A stretch of DNA of 64,000 nucleotides. Source: an uncultured delta proteobacterium. GTDB lineage: Bacteria > Desulfobacterota > Binatia > UBA9968. This document shows, piece after piece, positions 49,507 to 58,558 of this stretch (positions within the stretch are counted from its first letter, which is position 1; each line of letters begins with the position of its first letter). Location of the stretch: contig CAWERH010000042.1 of the NCBI GenBank assembly GCA_963811315.1, positions 53,247 to 117,246 of the forward strand, in the 5' to 3' direction. The notes below the pieces were generated by a model. It had not been told where the DNA came from. It was given only the letters and a program-made list of their open reading frames with translations, and ran no database searches. Made by a program: the position numbers and the translations under genes.

Positions 49507-50696
49507 TCAGTTTTTTTTCAACAACAGAAAGAATATCTTGCCAGGGCTGTTCATATATCCTGCCAACCCGGCGGCGTGATCGCCGCTGCCGAAATAAATG
49601 TCGGCGCGCTGAAGTCCGCGAATCGCGCCGCCGGTATCTTGATTGAGCACGAAACGGGTAATCGGCAGCCAATCCATTCAGCTGACCTGAATCGTCGACG
49701 ATCGGGAATTCGGGTTTGAATCAGAGCAAGCGCTCCTTTCGGAAAAAGCCGGGAGTCGGTGGCCACGGATCTACCCGCAGTCACGGGGACACCCAGGCTA
49801 CCGAGCGGTCCGTCGCGCAGTTCACGGAAAAACACATAGCTTTCATTGTAAGCAAAAATCTCATCTCGTTCGCTCGGGTGCTCGGCAAGATATCGACGCA
49901 ACCGTTGCATCGACATCTCGTCTTTGGAAAGCTTCCCGTTGTCGATCAACCAACGACCGATACTGCGGTAGGGCCAGCCGTTCTGCGCGGTATAACCGAC
50001 ACCACGTTGCGCGCCGTCCGGGAAGCGAATAATTCCCGAGCCTTGGATCTGTAAAAAAAATAGATCCACGGGATCTTTCACCCAAGCCAACTCAAGCCCG
50101 CGCCCGCGGAGCGCGCCCAACTGGTCGATTTCGCGGCGCGTATAGTAAGGCATGAACTGCTCGCCCTCGACGCGGCCGAAAACCGTCTCCACCTGCATCG
50201 CTGGCCCAACCGTGACTTGTTCCGCCGTAACCAAATCCGTCGGCTTGCCATAGAGCGGATAGCGGTACTCGGCAGTCGGCACGGGGCTGCCCTCGATCAC
50301 AGGTTGATAGTAGCCGGTGAACAAAATCTCAGCCAATCGCGGGTCGGCACTGGATGGAACCAGTTCGAAACGCGCGCGCAACTCACGCGCTAGGCAAGGC
50401 GCGCAAGCCCACTGGTCGAGGAGTTGCTCAAATGCCAACAACGACGCAAGCACTTCGTTCGCGGTCAATCGGCGCGGCTGTTCGCCCACCACACGGTCAG
50501 GCGGCAATTTGGCGAGATACGATTTACTCTCGACAATCGCCGCGCGCAGCGAATCAAGGTCGCGATCGTCGCGGAAATTGTCGAGATTAAACTCAGCTAG
50601 CGGTGGCGCGGTTTTTAGAGCCGGAGCGCAGCCGCAAAAAAGTAACAACGCGACCAAGAAGAGTTGGCGGCAAACTGACTTGAAGCGAAGCAACAT
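49507..50696 (-). pseudogene. mltA: murein transglycosylase A (MltA family), 2 frame switches near the 3' end
   Basis: The N-terminal 340 aa is intact in ORF 49551-50696. The tail reads KPEFPIVDDSGQLNGLAADYPF then RFVLNQDTGGAIRGLQRADIYFGSGDHAAGLAGYMNSPGKIFFLLLKKN in two other frames, with switches near 49700 and 49645. Confidence 0.75.
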
Positions 50697-50716
50697 TTGC
50701 GCGAAGCTAATCAGCC

Positions 50717-51085
50717 GTGGATCATCAGGAATTCAGAAAAGAAGTCGCGCGCGTCATCGACCGGTTGCCGCGCCAGTTCCGCGAGCAGTTGCACAATATC
50801 GAGTTTGTCGTCGAAGACCGTCCTTCAAATGAACTGCTACGCGCGGAAGGCTTGGACCCGCGCCACGACACGCTCTACGGTATCTATCAAGGAGTGCCAT
50901 TGCCGGATCGATCGAGCCTCGACCCGCCGCTTTTGCCGGACAAGATCACCATCTTCGCCGAGCCGTTGCAGGAGGATTTTCCCGACCTCGATGAGCTGCG
51001 CGAAGAAATTCGCCTGACCGTGCTGCACGAAATCGCCCATTACTTCGGCATGGATGAAGAAGACATCGAGGATCTAGGATACTGA
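50717..51085 (+). CDS. metallopeptidase-like protein (DUF1025 / minimal MMP-like, HExxH)
   Basis: 122 aa with LHEIAHYFGMDEEDIEDLG at the C-terminus. Confidence 0.8.
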   Translation: MDHQEFRKEVARVIDRLPRQFREQLHNIEFVVEDRPSNELLRAEGLDPRHDTLYGIYQGVPLPDRSSLDPPLLPDKITIFAEPLQEDFPDLDELREEIRLTVLHEIAHYFGMDEEDIEDLGY

Positions 51086-51088
51086 AAA

Positions 51089-51164
51089 AGTCCTGAGTCT
51101 GAGTAACGAGGTCCTAAGCCCAGGAATCATCTTTGGATCCCACTCAGGACTCAGACTCAGGACT
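51089..51164. repeat. inverted repeat built from AGTC(C)TG words
   Basis: agtcctgagtctgagt (51089-51104) pairs perfectly with actcagactcaggact (51149-51164), between convergent genes. A related ctcaggact x2 lies at 34128-34150. Confidence 0.7.
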
Positions 51165-51166
51165 TG

Positions 51167-52254
51167 TCAATCTCTGATATCCTGTAAAAACCACTCCGTC
51201 GGCAACTCCCGACCCACTTTTTTCTGTTTCGCCAATTCAACAACTTTTCCCGCGCAGGCGGCAAACTGAAGTCCCTGAGTGCCGGCATTAATGAAAAACG
51301 TCACTTGCTTATCGGTGGTTCGTCCGGGAACTTTCCCGGCCCTCACGTCCATGAAATATTTGAAGTAGTCGCCTTTGTAGTTATCGACGGTAGGATTCGG
51401 TATGCGCGCGCGCTCTTCAGGTTGGCCGGCGATGTAGCCGACGTTGCCATGCAAGCGCACCATGCCTTCGTCCATCGCCTCGATGGTGTTTTTGCCGAGC
51501 TTGACCGATAGGTCGCATTGTTTGATTACTTTGGGTCCGACCTCGCAGGCGCGCACGCAAGTAATGTGCGCGCCGGGCTTGAGCCAATCCGGTTCGTCGA
51601 AGACGATCTGAGTCGAGTCCGTGCAGGTCGCCACGATGTCCGAGTCGCGGACCACCTTTTCCGGCACGTCGACGGCCACGACTTCGATATCCAATTTGCC
51701 GGTCATCTCGCGGGCAAATCGCTCGCGATTGGCTTGGGTCGGACTGTAGACTTTGACCCGCCGAAGCTTGCGCACTTCATAGAAAGCTTCCAGATAACTG
51801 CGCGCCATGCCGCCGGACCCGAAGATGCCGATGTCGCAGCGTCTTCGCGCGCCAGATATTTTACCCCCAACCCCGCGCAACCGCCGACCCGCATGTGCTG
51901 CAAGAGACCGTCGTTGATAATTGCCAGCGGCTCTCCGTTGCGCACGCTAAAGACCATCACCAAGCCGCACCAGGTGCCCGGTTGCATGCAATACTTCTCT
52001 TCGGTTTCCCCATTGGGCCAATACACGACATCGGATTTCATGCGGATCGCGAATACCCCGATCTTGCGACTCGCTCCTTCCATGGTACCCCAACGATAAT
52101 AGCCGTCAGGCCGGTCGCACGGCATCCACATGTCCAAGCGCGGCCGGTAAACGGCATCACCTTTGAGGAGATCATCGTAGCCGTCTTCCAAGGCTGCAAG
52201 ACAATCCTTCATAGTGAAAAGGTTTTCGACTTCGTGGTTGTTGATCAAGAGCAT
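51167..52254 (-). CDS. ornithine cyclodeaminase/mu-crystallin family protein (paralogue 2), one frame break
   Basis: MLLINNHEVENLF..AGLGVKYLAREDAAT then a switch near 51848 to IGIFGSGGMARSYLEAF..GRELPTEWFLQDIRD. Confidence 0.75.
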
Positions 52255-52504
52255 TGAGCCTCCCCGCTAGGTGCAAATGCCGAAAGATTTGGCTGTTACA
52301 AATTTATACGCTGCTCGCGCCAAAACAAGCAAGTCTAGAGTTGCGCAAGACCGTACCCTTTGCGACCTCAATGCAGCGATGGGTCGCAACAAATTTGCAC
52401 GGGAGCTGGTAAATTTTCCTATCCGTCATCAGCTGCCGCCAATAAAACTACAACGATTTAGCCCGATTAGACGGGAAATACCAATCGACTGTTGGGAGTT
52501 TGGC

Positions 52505-52519
52505 TGGCACCGATGTTGC
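52505..52519 (+). promoter_or_regulatory. sigma-54 (-24/-12) type promoter candidate
   Basis: TGGCAC-cgatg-TTGC with exact GG-N10-GC spacing, intergenic, 54 nt upstream of the ATG at 52573 on the same strand. Confidence 0.5.
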
Positions 52520-52572
52520 TCAAGCACTACCGTGTCGAGAAAGTCATTCGGCAATAGTCGATCGATACGATT

Positions 52573-53627
52573 ATGAAAACCGTAAGTTTCATTGTCCTGT
52601 TCTTTGCACTGCTAACCAACGCCGTGGTCACTGCGCAGTCGAACTCGGCAGCGACCAACTGCGCTCAAGAAACGAGCATCGCCCAACAGGCACAGCCTAA
52701 GGGGGACTGCGCCAAAGCCAACACACCGATCCGCGCAGCGAAGCCTGGACCGTCGACGCCTTGAGTTATCTCCAACGTGCGCTGAGTCATCTTAAAAATG
52801 GCGATCGAGTCACTGCCATGGGCGAGCTCAATGAGGCGATTAAACTAAACTCGCAAATCGCAGAAGCCTATTTTACCCGCGGCAGCATTTATGCCGAGGA
52901 CAAAGACTACGATCGCGCATTACAGGATTTCGACCAAGCCATCTCCCTCAACCCGGTCTTGACCGAAGCATTTCATCAGCGCGCGCTCGCCCATCGCGGC
53001 AAACTCGAATTTCCGCAAGCACTCAAGGACTTGAACACTGCGATTGGAATGGAGCCCTTCAATCCAAGATTGCTCCGCGATCGCGGTGAAGCTCATTTGG
53101 CGCTCGGCGACTACGACCGTGCGGTGGACGATTACCAAGCTGCAATGAGTATTGACCGGAGCAGCATCGATCCTTACTCGATGGCAAACCTGTTGTTCTT
53201 TCAGGGACGCTTTTCGCAAAGCGCGCAGACCATGCAGCAAGTACTAAAAATCAAACCGGAGAATCCTTACGCGATGCTGTGGCGCTACCTCGCCTTCGCC
53301 AAGGCGAACGGCGTCGCAGCAGCCGCGCGTGAACTCGCCGATCACTCGACAAGATCGAATGATAAACGCTGGCCCACGGCAGCGATCGACTACTATCTCG
53401 GTAAAATCGACGAAGGCGCTCTGCGCGGCGCCGCGCTGACCAGTGAAGCCCTGAAAAACAGCGAACAGATTTGCCAAGCTAATTTCTTCGCCGGGGAAGC
53501 CAAGCTGCTTAAAGGCGTCCATGAAGAGGCCATCGGACTGCTGCGCGCGGCGCAGAGTCAATGCCGACCGGACAGTACGTTCTTTCACGGTGCCAGCGCG
53601 GAATTAAAACGGCTCGGCGCGTTATAA
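52573..53627 (+). CDS. secreted TPR-repeat protein, probably one frame break between signal peptide and TPR body
   Basis: Signal peptide ORF 52573-52764 (MKTVSFIVLFFALLTNAVVTAQS..) ends where TPR ORF 52761-53627 begins. The TPR frame is open back to 52701. Confidence 0.65.
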
Positions 53628-53801
53628 GAATGTTTAATTAGCCCACCTGCGAGATTGCGCAGCGCGCAACCTATCTCTTTCCCGTTAGGCTCTCGTTCGC
53701 CCGGATTCCCCGGGTCGCAGCCAAAAAACCCGATTCTAGTTTGACAACGTCCGTCTGTTGTCGCAAAGATATGCCGAAATTTGCCCCGAGAGGAGAGAAC
53801 G

Positions 53802-54713
53802 TTGAAAATCCTAAGATTCAATGACGACCGGATCGGCGTCGTCAAAGACGAGAATATGGTGGTGGACGTCAGCGATTGTATCAGCGCGCGCAAAGCCAAA
53901 GGACCGCAACGGGTCATGGAAGAAATCATCGAAGGTTGGCGCAAGTACCGCCGTCGATTCGAAAAAACTTTGGCCGAGCAGAGTGGGGTGCCGGTAAACG
54001 ACGTTGAGATCCACAGCCCCTTCGCAAGGCCGGGCAAGTTTCTTGCCGCGTTTAGTAACTATATCGATCGGCCGGAACGGACCGCGGATAATTTTCCCAA
54101 TGAATATTTCTACAAATCCCCTGACCTGGTCGGCCCCGGCGAATCGGTTAACTTGAGAGACATCCCGGCCTGCGTGGTTTACCAACCCGAAGCCGAATTC
54201 GCCTTCATCATCGGCAAGACCGCTGAGAATGTTCCGGAAAATAAGGCGCTGGATTACGTCTTCGGCTACGTGCCGATCTTCGACATCTCGACGCGCGGGC
54301 TCGTTCGACGCACGCAATTCATCGGTAAAGGCCAAGGTTCGCACGGTTGCTGCGGACCTTGGATCATCACCAAGGATGAGATTCCCGATCCGCACAACGT
54401 CGTCGTCAAATCATGGACCAACGGCGAGCCGCGGCAGAATTACAACACCAGCGCCATGGCGCACAAGCTTCCTAACCAGATCGCCTGGCTGACAAAATTT
54501 TTAACCCTCAGCCCGGGCGATCTGGTCGCGACGGGAACGTTCCACGAGGGTTTGATGCCGGTCAACGCCGGCGACACGATCGAAATCGAGTTCGCGAACC
54601 TGGGACGGGCCAAGTTCAACGTCAAAGGTAACAGCCCGCGCAAAGACGTCCCGTGGCTCCCCGGCAAGAACCAACCGACCCCGCCTCCCGGCGGCGGCAT
54701 GCACATCGTCTGA
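53802..54713 (+). CDS. fumarylacetoacetate hydrolase (FAH) family protein
   Basis: aggaga SD 5 nt before TTG 53802. LKILRFNDDRIGVV.. and a typical FAH C-terminal domain. The ORF is intact. Confidence 0.85.
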   Translation: MKILRFNDDRIGVVKDENMVVDVSDCISARKAKGPQRVMEEIIEGWRKYRRRFEKTLAEQSGVPVNDVEIHSPFARPGKFLAAFSNYIDRPERTADNFPNEYFYKSPDLVGPGESVNLRDIPACVVYQPEAEFAFIIGKTAENVPENKALDYVFGYVPIFDISTRGLVRRTQFIGKGQGSHGCCGPWIITKDEIPDPHNVVVKSWTNGEPRQNYNTSAMAHKLPNQIAWLTKFLTLSPGDLVATGTFHEGLMPVNAGDTIEIEFANLGRAKFNVKGNSPRKDVPWLPGKNQPTPPPGGGMHIV

Positions 54714-55544
54714 AAAAGGCGGAAGGATGAAGGATAAAGGATGGAGTACGATTTCATCCTTCTCGCCTTCATCCTTCATCCTTTCTCTTCTCATCATTCC
54801 CCAGTGCCAGGGAAGCAGCACACGATAGATTAAATTGAACGCCTGATTGAGCGTGTAGCCAAGCAACGCCAACGCGAACATGCCGGCATACATCTGCGCG
54901 ACCTTGAAGCGGCGCTGGGAATCGAGAATAAAATAACCGATACCGTCGGTGCTGCCGATCATTTCCGAAATCACCACGAGGATCAGCATGATCGGCAGAC
55001 TCACGCGCAAGCCGGTGGCAATTTGCGGCGCGCAGGCCGGCAAGACCACCTGCCAGATGATCCTGCCGCGGGACAAACCGAAGGTTTTGGCGGTATTCAA
55101 CAGCACCCGGTCGAGATTGCGCACGCCGTCGAGCGTGTTGAGCAGGATCGGCCATGCGCAAGAGAAAAAGATCACGAAGATTTTCATCTGGTCTTCCAAA
55201 CCGAAAAACAGCATCGCCACAGGAATGACCACCGGCGGCGGCACTGGCCGCAGCATCTCGACGATCACTGCGAAGAACCGAAAGACTCGCTGGGACAGTC
55301 CCATGAGAATGCCCAGGGGAATAAACACTGCCGCCGCGAGAAAATAGCCCGCCGCCGCGCGCTTCATGCTGAGGGCGATTTGCATGGGGATCTGCCCGGA
55401 GAAAATCAGCTCGCCAAGAATTCCGAGAATCTTGCTGAGCGGCGGCACAACCAACGGATTGATCAGCTGTGCTTGCGCGATCAACTCCCAGCCGACGAGC
55501 AAAAGGATCAGGCAACAAATCCCCTTCCAGTTAAATCTGGCCAT
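54501..55544 (-). CDS. NitT/TauT-family ABC transporter permease; annotated ORF reads through a hairpin repeat, so the true end is probably near 54790
   Basis: The permease body ends ..YRVLLPWHWG. The ORF then continues MMRRERMKDEGEKDEIVLHPLSFILPP.. across repeat 54717-54783 and 213 nt antisense into the FAH gene. Confidence 0.75.
   Translation of the reverse strand: MARFNWKGICCLILLLVGWELIAQAQLINPLVVPPLSKILGILGELIFSGQIPMQIALSMKRAAAGYFLAAAVFIPLGILMGLSQRVFRFFAVIVEMLRPVPPPVVIPVAMLFFGLEDQMKIFVIFFSCAWPILLNTLDGVRNLDRVLLNTAKTFGLSRGRIIWQVVLPACAPQIATGLRVSLPIMLILVVISEMIGSTDGIGYFILDSQRRFKVAQMYAGMFALALLGYTLNQAFNLIYRVLLPWHWGMMRRERMKDEGEKDEIVLHPLSFILPPFSDDVHAAAGRRGRLVLAGEPRDVFARAVTFDVELGPSQVRELDFDRVAGVDRHQTLVERSRRDQIARAEG
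54717..54783. repeat. long imperfect hairpin built from GAAGGAT words
   Basis: aaggcggaaggatgaaggataaaggatg - gagtacgattt - catccttctcgccttcatccttcatcctt, between the FAH stop and the permease 3' end. Confidence 0.7.
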
Positions 55545-55545
55545 G

Positions 55546-56338
55546 TTATACCGTTCCGCGCGCGGTGAGGCCGTGGTGCCATCTCATCATCCGGGCCTCA
55601 ACAAGCAGGAAGATTGCGTTGAGCGCGTAGCCCAATACCGCGACGACCATGATTCCCGCGTACACGTTGCTGCTGTTCATCGCGCGTTCTTCGTCCAATA
55701 TGAAAAATCCCAGCCCTTTACTGCCGATAATCATCTCCGCGGTGGTCACGAGAATCAATGCGATCGACAACCCGATGCGCAGTCCGGTGACGATATAGGG
55801 CGATGCCGCGGGTAAAATGACTTGGCGCAGGAGTTGGCGTCGCTGCAGGCCGAAAGTCCGCCCGGTCTGAATCAATACGCTTTCGATATGGCGAACGCCG
55901 TCGATGGTGTTGACGAGAATCGGCCAAATGCTCGCGTAGACCGTCACCGCAACGATCATCGAGTCACCGATGCCGAGCATCAACACGGCGACGGGAATGA
56001 TCGCCACTGAAGGCATCGGCCGCAGAAACTCGATGACGATGGAAAGCAAACTTTGTATGGAACGGAAATAACCGAGGACGACACCGAGAAATACGCCGAG
56101 CACGGCCGCCAGCAAGTAGCCTTCAAGGAATCGACCGAACGTGACGCCTCAGGTGTTGAACGATCGGTCCCGATATCGCTAACTGCCCGAGCGCGACCAA
56201 CACACGACTCATCGGTGGAATATAAGCCTGCAGCTTTGGCGCCGACCGCGAGCCGATCTCCCAAAAAAGCAAGAGCAGGCCAAAGCTCAGCCATCCCTGC
56301 CAATTGATTTGCTTGCGCGTAGCCACGTCACGATTCAA
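55546..56338 (-). CDS. NitT/TauT-family ABC transporter permease, frame break(s) near 56130
   Basis: N-terminal piece 56123-56338 (..[13 protein letters not shown]) and body 55546-56115 ([31 protein letters not shown]) are linked by [14 protein letters not shown] in a shifted frame. Confidence 0.75.
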
Positions 56339-57153
56339 TTTCTAATTTTGCCGTAGATATCGTTGCGGATCTCCATGAAACGGCGCTCTGCTCGCGTCGA
56401 CACTTGGTCGCGTGGCCGGGAAAAGTCGACTTTGATTTCGTCGATAATCTGCGACGGCCGCCGGCTCAGCACCCAGATGCGATCGGAGAGATAGATCGCC
56501 TCTTCGATATCGTGGGTAATGAAAAGAATCGTCGTCTTGAGCGCGTCCCGCAGGCTAAGCAAGCTATCTTCCAGTTCAAGCCGGGTCAGCGCGTCAAGCG
56601 AGCCAAAGGGTTCATCCATCAGCAATACTTCGGGTTCGTAAGCGAGTGCGCGCGCGATCGCGACGCGCTGTTGCATGCCGCCGGAAAGTTCCCAGGGATA
56701 ATGGGTCTCGAATCCCTTGAGGCCGACCAACTCGATCAGGGAACGTGCTTTGCGATCCGCCTCGGCGCCGCGCTTGTCGCGAGCTTCCAGACCGAACCGC
56801 ACGTTCCCCAGCACCGAGCGCCACGCGAACAACGATTTATTGTATTCCTGAAACAGCAAAATCAAATTTGGCGGCGGTCCGTGGACCACTGTGCCGTTCA
56901 CCAGCACCTGGCCCGAGCTCGGCGACAGTAAGCCGGCGATCGACATCAACAAAGTCGTCTTGCCGCAGCCGGACGGACCGACAAAGGAAACAAATTCTCC
57001 GGCTTCGACTTGGCAGGTGATGCTGCCGATGGCGAGCGTCGTTTCACCGCCGGCTTGGCGATAGCTCTTGGACAGACCTTGGATTTCGAGAATAGGCACG
57101 GCGGCGGAGGAGATACTAAAGGATTGGAGTGTTGGGCTTTCCGAAGCCTTCAC
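56335..57153 (-). CDS. NitT/TauT-family ABC transporter ATP-binding protein
   Basis: Walker [12 protein letters not shown], signature [15 protein letters not shown] and Walker [11 protein letters not shown] start inside GGAGT repeat copy 3. Confidence 0.9.
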   Translation of the reverse strand: MKASESPTLQSFSISSAAVPILEIQGLSKSYRQAGGETTLAIGSITCQVEAGEFVSFVGPSGCGKTTLLMSIAGLLSPSSGQVLVNGTVVHGPPPNLILLFQEYNKSLFAWRSVLGNVRFGLEARDKRGAEADRKARSLIELVGLKGFETHYPWELSGGMQQRVAIARALAYEPEVLLMDEPFGSLDALTRLELEDSLLSLRDALKTTILFITHDIEEAIYLSDRIWVLSRRPSQIIDEIKVDFSRPRDQVSTRAERRFMEIRNDIYGKIRN

Positions 57154-57165
57154 TGTTTCACTCCA
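57125..57165. repeat. short member of the GGAGT hairpin family (copy 3)
   Basis: tggagtg ..ggctt-tccg-aagcc.. cactcca. It shares the ttccga centre with copy 1 and lies between the SBP stop and the ATPase start. Confidence 0.45.
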
Positions 57166-57178
57166 TCAACGCGGCGGC

Positions 57179-58141
57179 TCACGCCTTTCGCGCCAGATCG
57201 CTCAGCACATCGCGCGCTTTCAGCGGCCGGGATATCATCTTGTACTTATAAGTCAGATCCATGGTGACCTGAACGTCTTTCTCCGAAATGGCTCTTTCAA
57301 ACTGCGGCAGGCCGATCTTACCGACCATGTCGGGATTCAGCCCGGCCCACTTGATCATCGCGGCGCGGCCGCCCTCTTTATCCGCGTGAATGGCATCGAT
57401 ACCGCGATTGATCGCGCGCACAAACGCCTCCCCGGTGGCTTTGTTTTTTTGGATCCATTTTTCGGAAGCGAACCAACTGGCGATCAAAAACTTCGGCAAG
57501 ACGTCGCCCCAAGGGTTCGACAGAACCCGCGTTTCGGCCTTGCGCGCCGCCACCGCCGCAAACGGCTCTTGAATACTGATCGCATCGACCTTGCCCGCCA
57601 CCAGCGCCGCTTCCATATTGGGAAAGGGAATTTCGACAAATTTTACTTTGGTCGCGCTGCCGCCGTTTTTATCGACCCACGCCATCGCCATCAAATGCAC
57701 GATGTTGTTCAACGTATTAACGGCAACGGTTTTCCCCTGGAGATCCTTGGCGTCTTTGATGGCGGAATCCTTCGCCACGATAATCGCATGCGTCTCATTA
57801 GTGCCGCGGACGTTGGTCGCGCCACCGGCGATCAATTTGAAGTCAAAGCCCTCGACGAACGCCTGGTAGAGTGAGATCACATTGGTCCAACCGAACTGAA
57901 GGTCGCCGGAGGTCACGCCTTGCACGATCACCGCGCCACCGGCCATCGGCACGGTTTCGAGTTCCAATCCTTCGGCTTTGAAAAAGCCCTTTTCCATCGC
58001 TACGAACATCGCCGCGTTGTCGACGATCTTCATGTAACCCAGCTTCCCTTTAGCCTGAGCCCAACACAGCCCGCCCATCAGCGGCAAGCCGGCGATTCCA
58101 ACGGTTACCTTGGTGAGAAAATGTCGGCGCGTTGTCTTCAT
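57179..58141 (-). CDS. NitT/TauT-family solute-binding protein with Tat signal peptide
   Basis: MKTTRRHFLTKVTVGIAGLPLMGG has a twin-arginine motif. It is the first gene of the SBP-ATPase-permease-permease operon. Confidence 0.8.
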   Translation of the reverse strand: MKTTRRHFLTKVTVGIAGLPLMGGLCWAQAKGKLGYMKIVDNAAMFVAMEKGFFKAEGLELETVPMAGGAVIVQGVTSGDLQFGWTNVISLYQAFVEGFDFKLIAGGATNVRGTNETHAIIVAKDSAIKDAKDLQGKTVAVNTLNNIVHLMAMAWVDKNGGSATKVKFVEIPFPNMEAALVAGKVDAISIQEPFAAVAARKAETRVLSNPWGDVLPKFLIASWFASEKWIQKNKATGEAFVRAINRGIDAIHADKEGGRAAMIKWAGLNPDMVGKIGLPQFERAISEKDVQVTMDLTYKYKMISRPLKARDVLSDLARKA

Positions 58142-58318
58142 AGTTTCTCCTACGGTAAGAGTTGTGTTGCGGACCTCGGATGCACTGAGCGGCCCCACTG
58201 CCCCGCCATCCACTGCTTAATATAACCGGTAAAATAAGAAAAGACTTCGACGACGAGTCCCCAAAAACGGCGGTTATAAGACGGAAGCAAGCCCGCCCGG
58301 AAATTGAATACAAAAACT

Positions 58319-58558
58319 CTAAGAACTCCCGCCGAAAATTTCGGAGACGAACCGTTTGGTTCTGGCCATATGCTGCTTGATGTATCGGAGTAAATAAACA
58401 AACAACCCGAGCGCCCCATAGAATAGAACATACAAGACCTGGGACAGCATACCGGTAGTCCCGGGATCGACATAAGCCGCCGCCGGCGCAGCCAAGACCA
58501 TGTGCAAAAGGACCAAGCCACAGACCCATGCGGCAAGTGCTCTACCTTTCATCGGCAT
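58319..58558 (-). CDS. small membrane protein (79 aa) with YVDPGTTGML motif
   Basis: Signal/TM, AYVDPGTTGMLSQ, a second TM and a basic tail. The ATG overlaps the upstream stop (TAATG). Confidence 0.5.
   Translation of the reverse strand: MPMKGRALAAWVCGLVLLHMVLAAPAAAYVDPGTTGMLSQVLYVLFYGALGLFVYLLRYIKQHMARTKRFVSEIFGGSS

Noticed and set aside
26254-57165. Word repeats as a possible CRISPR array
   Set aside because: The units are contiguous 7-8 nt words arranged as inverted arms, not 25-40 nt direct repeats separated by unique spacers. No cas genes are present.
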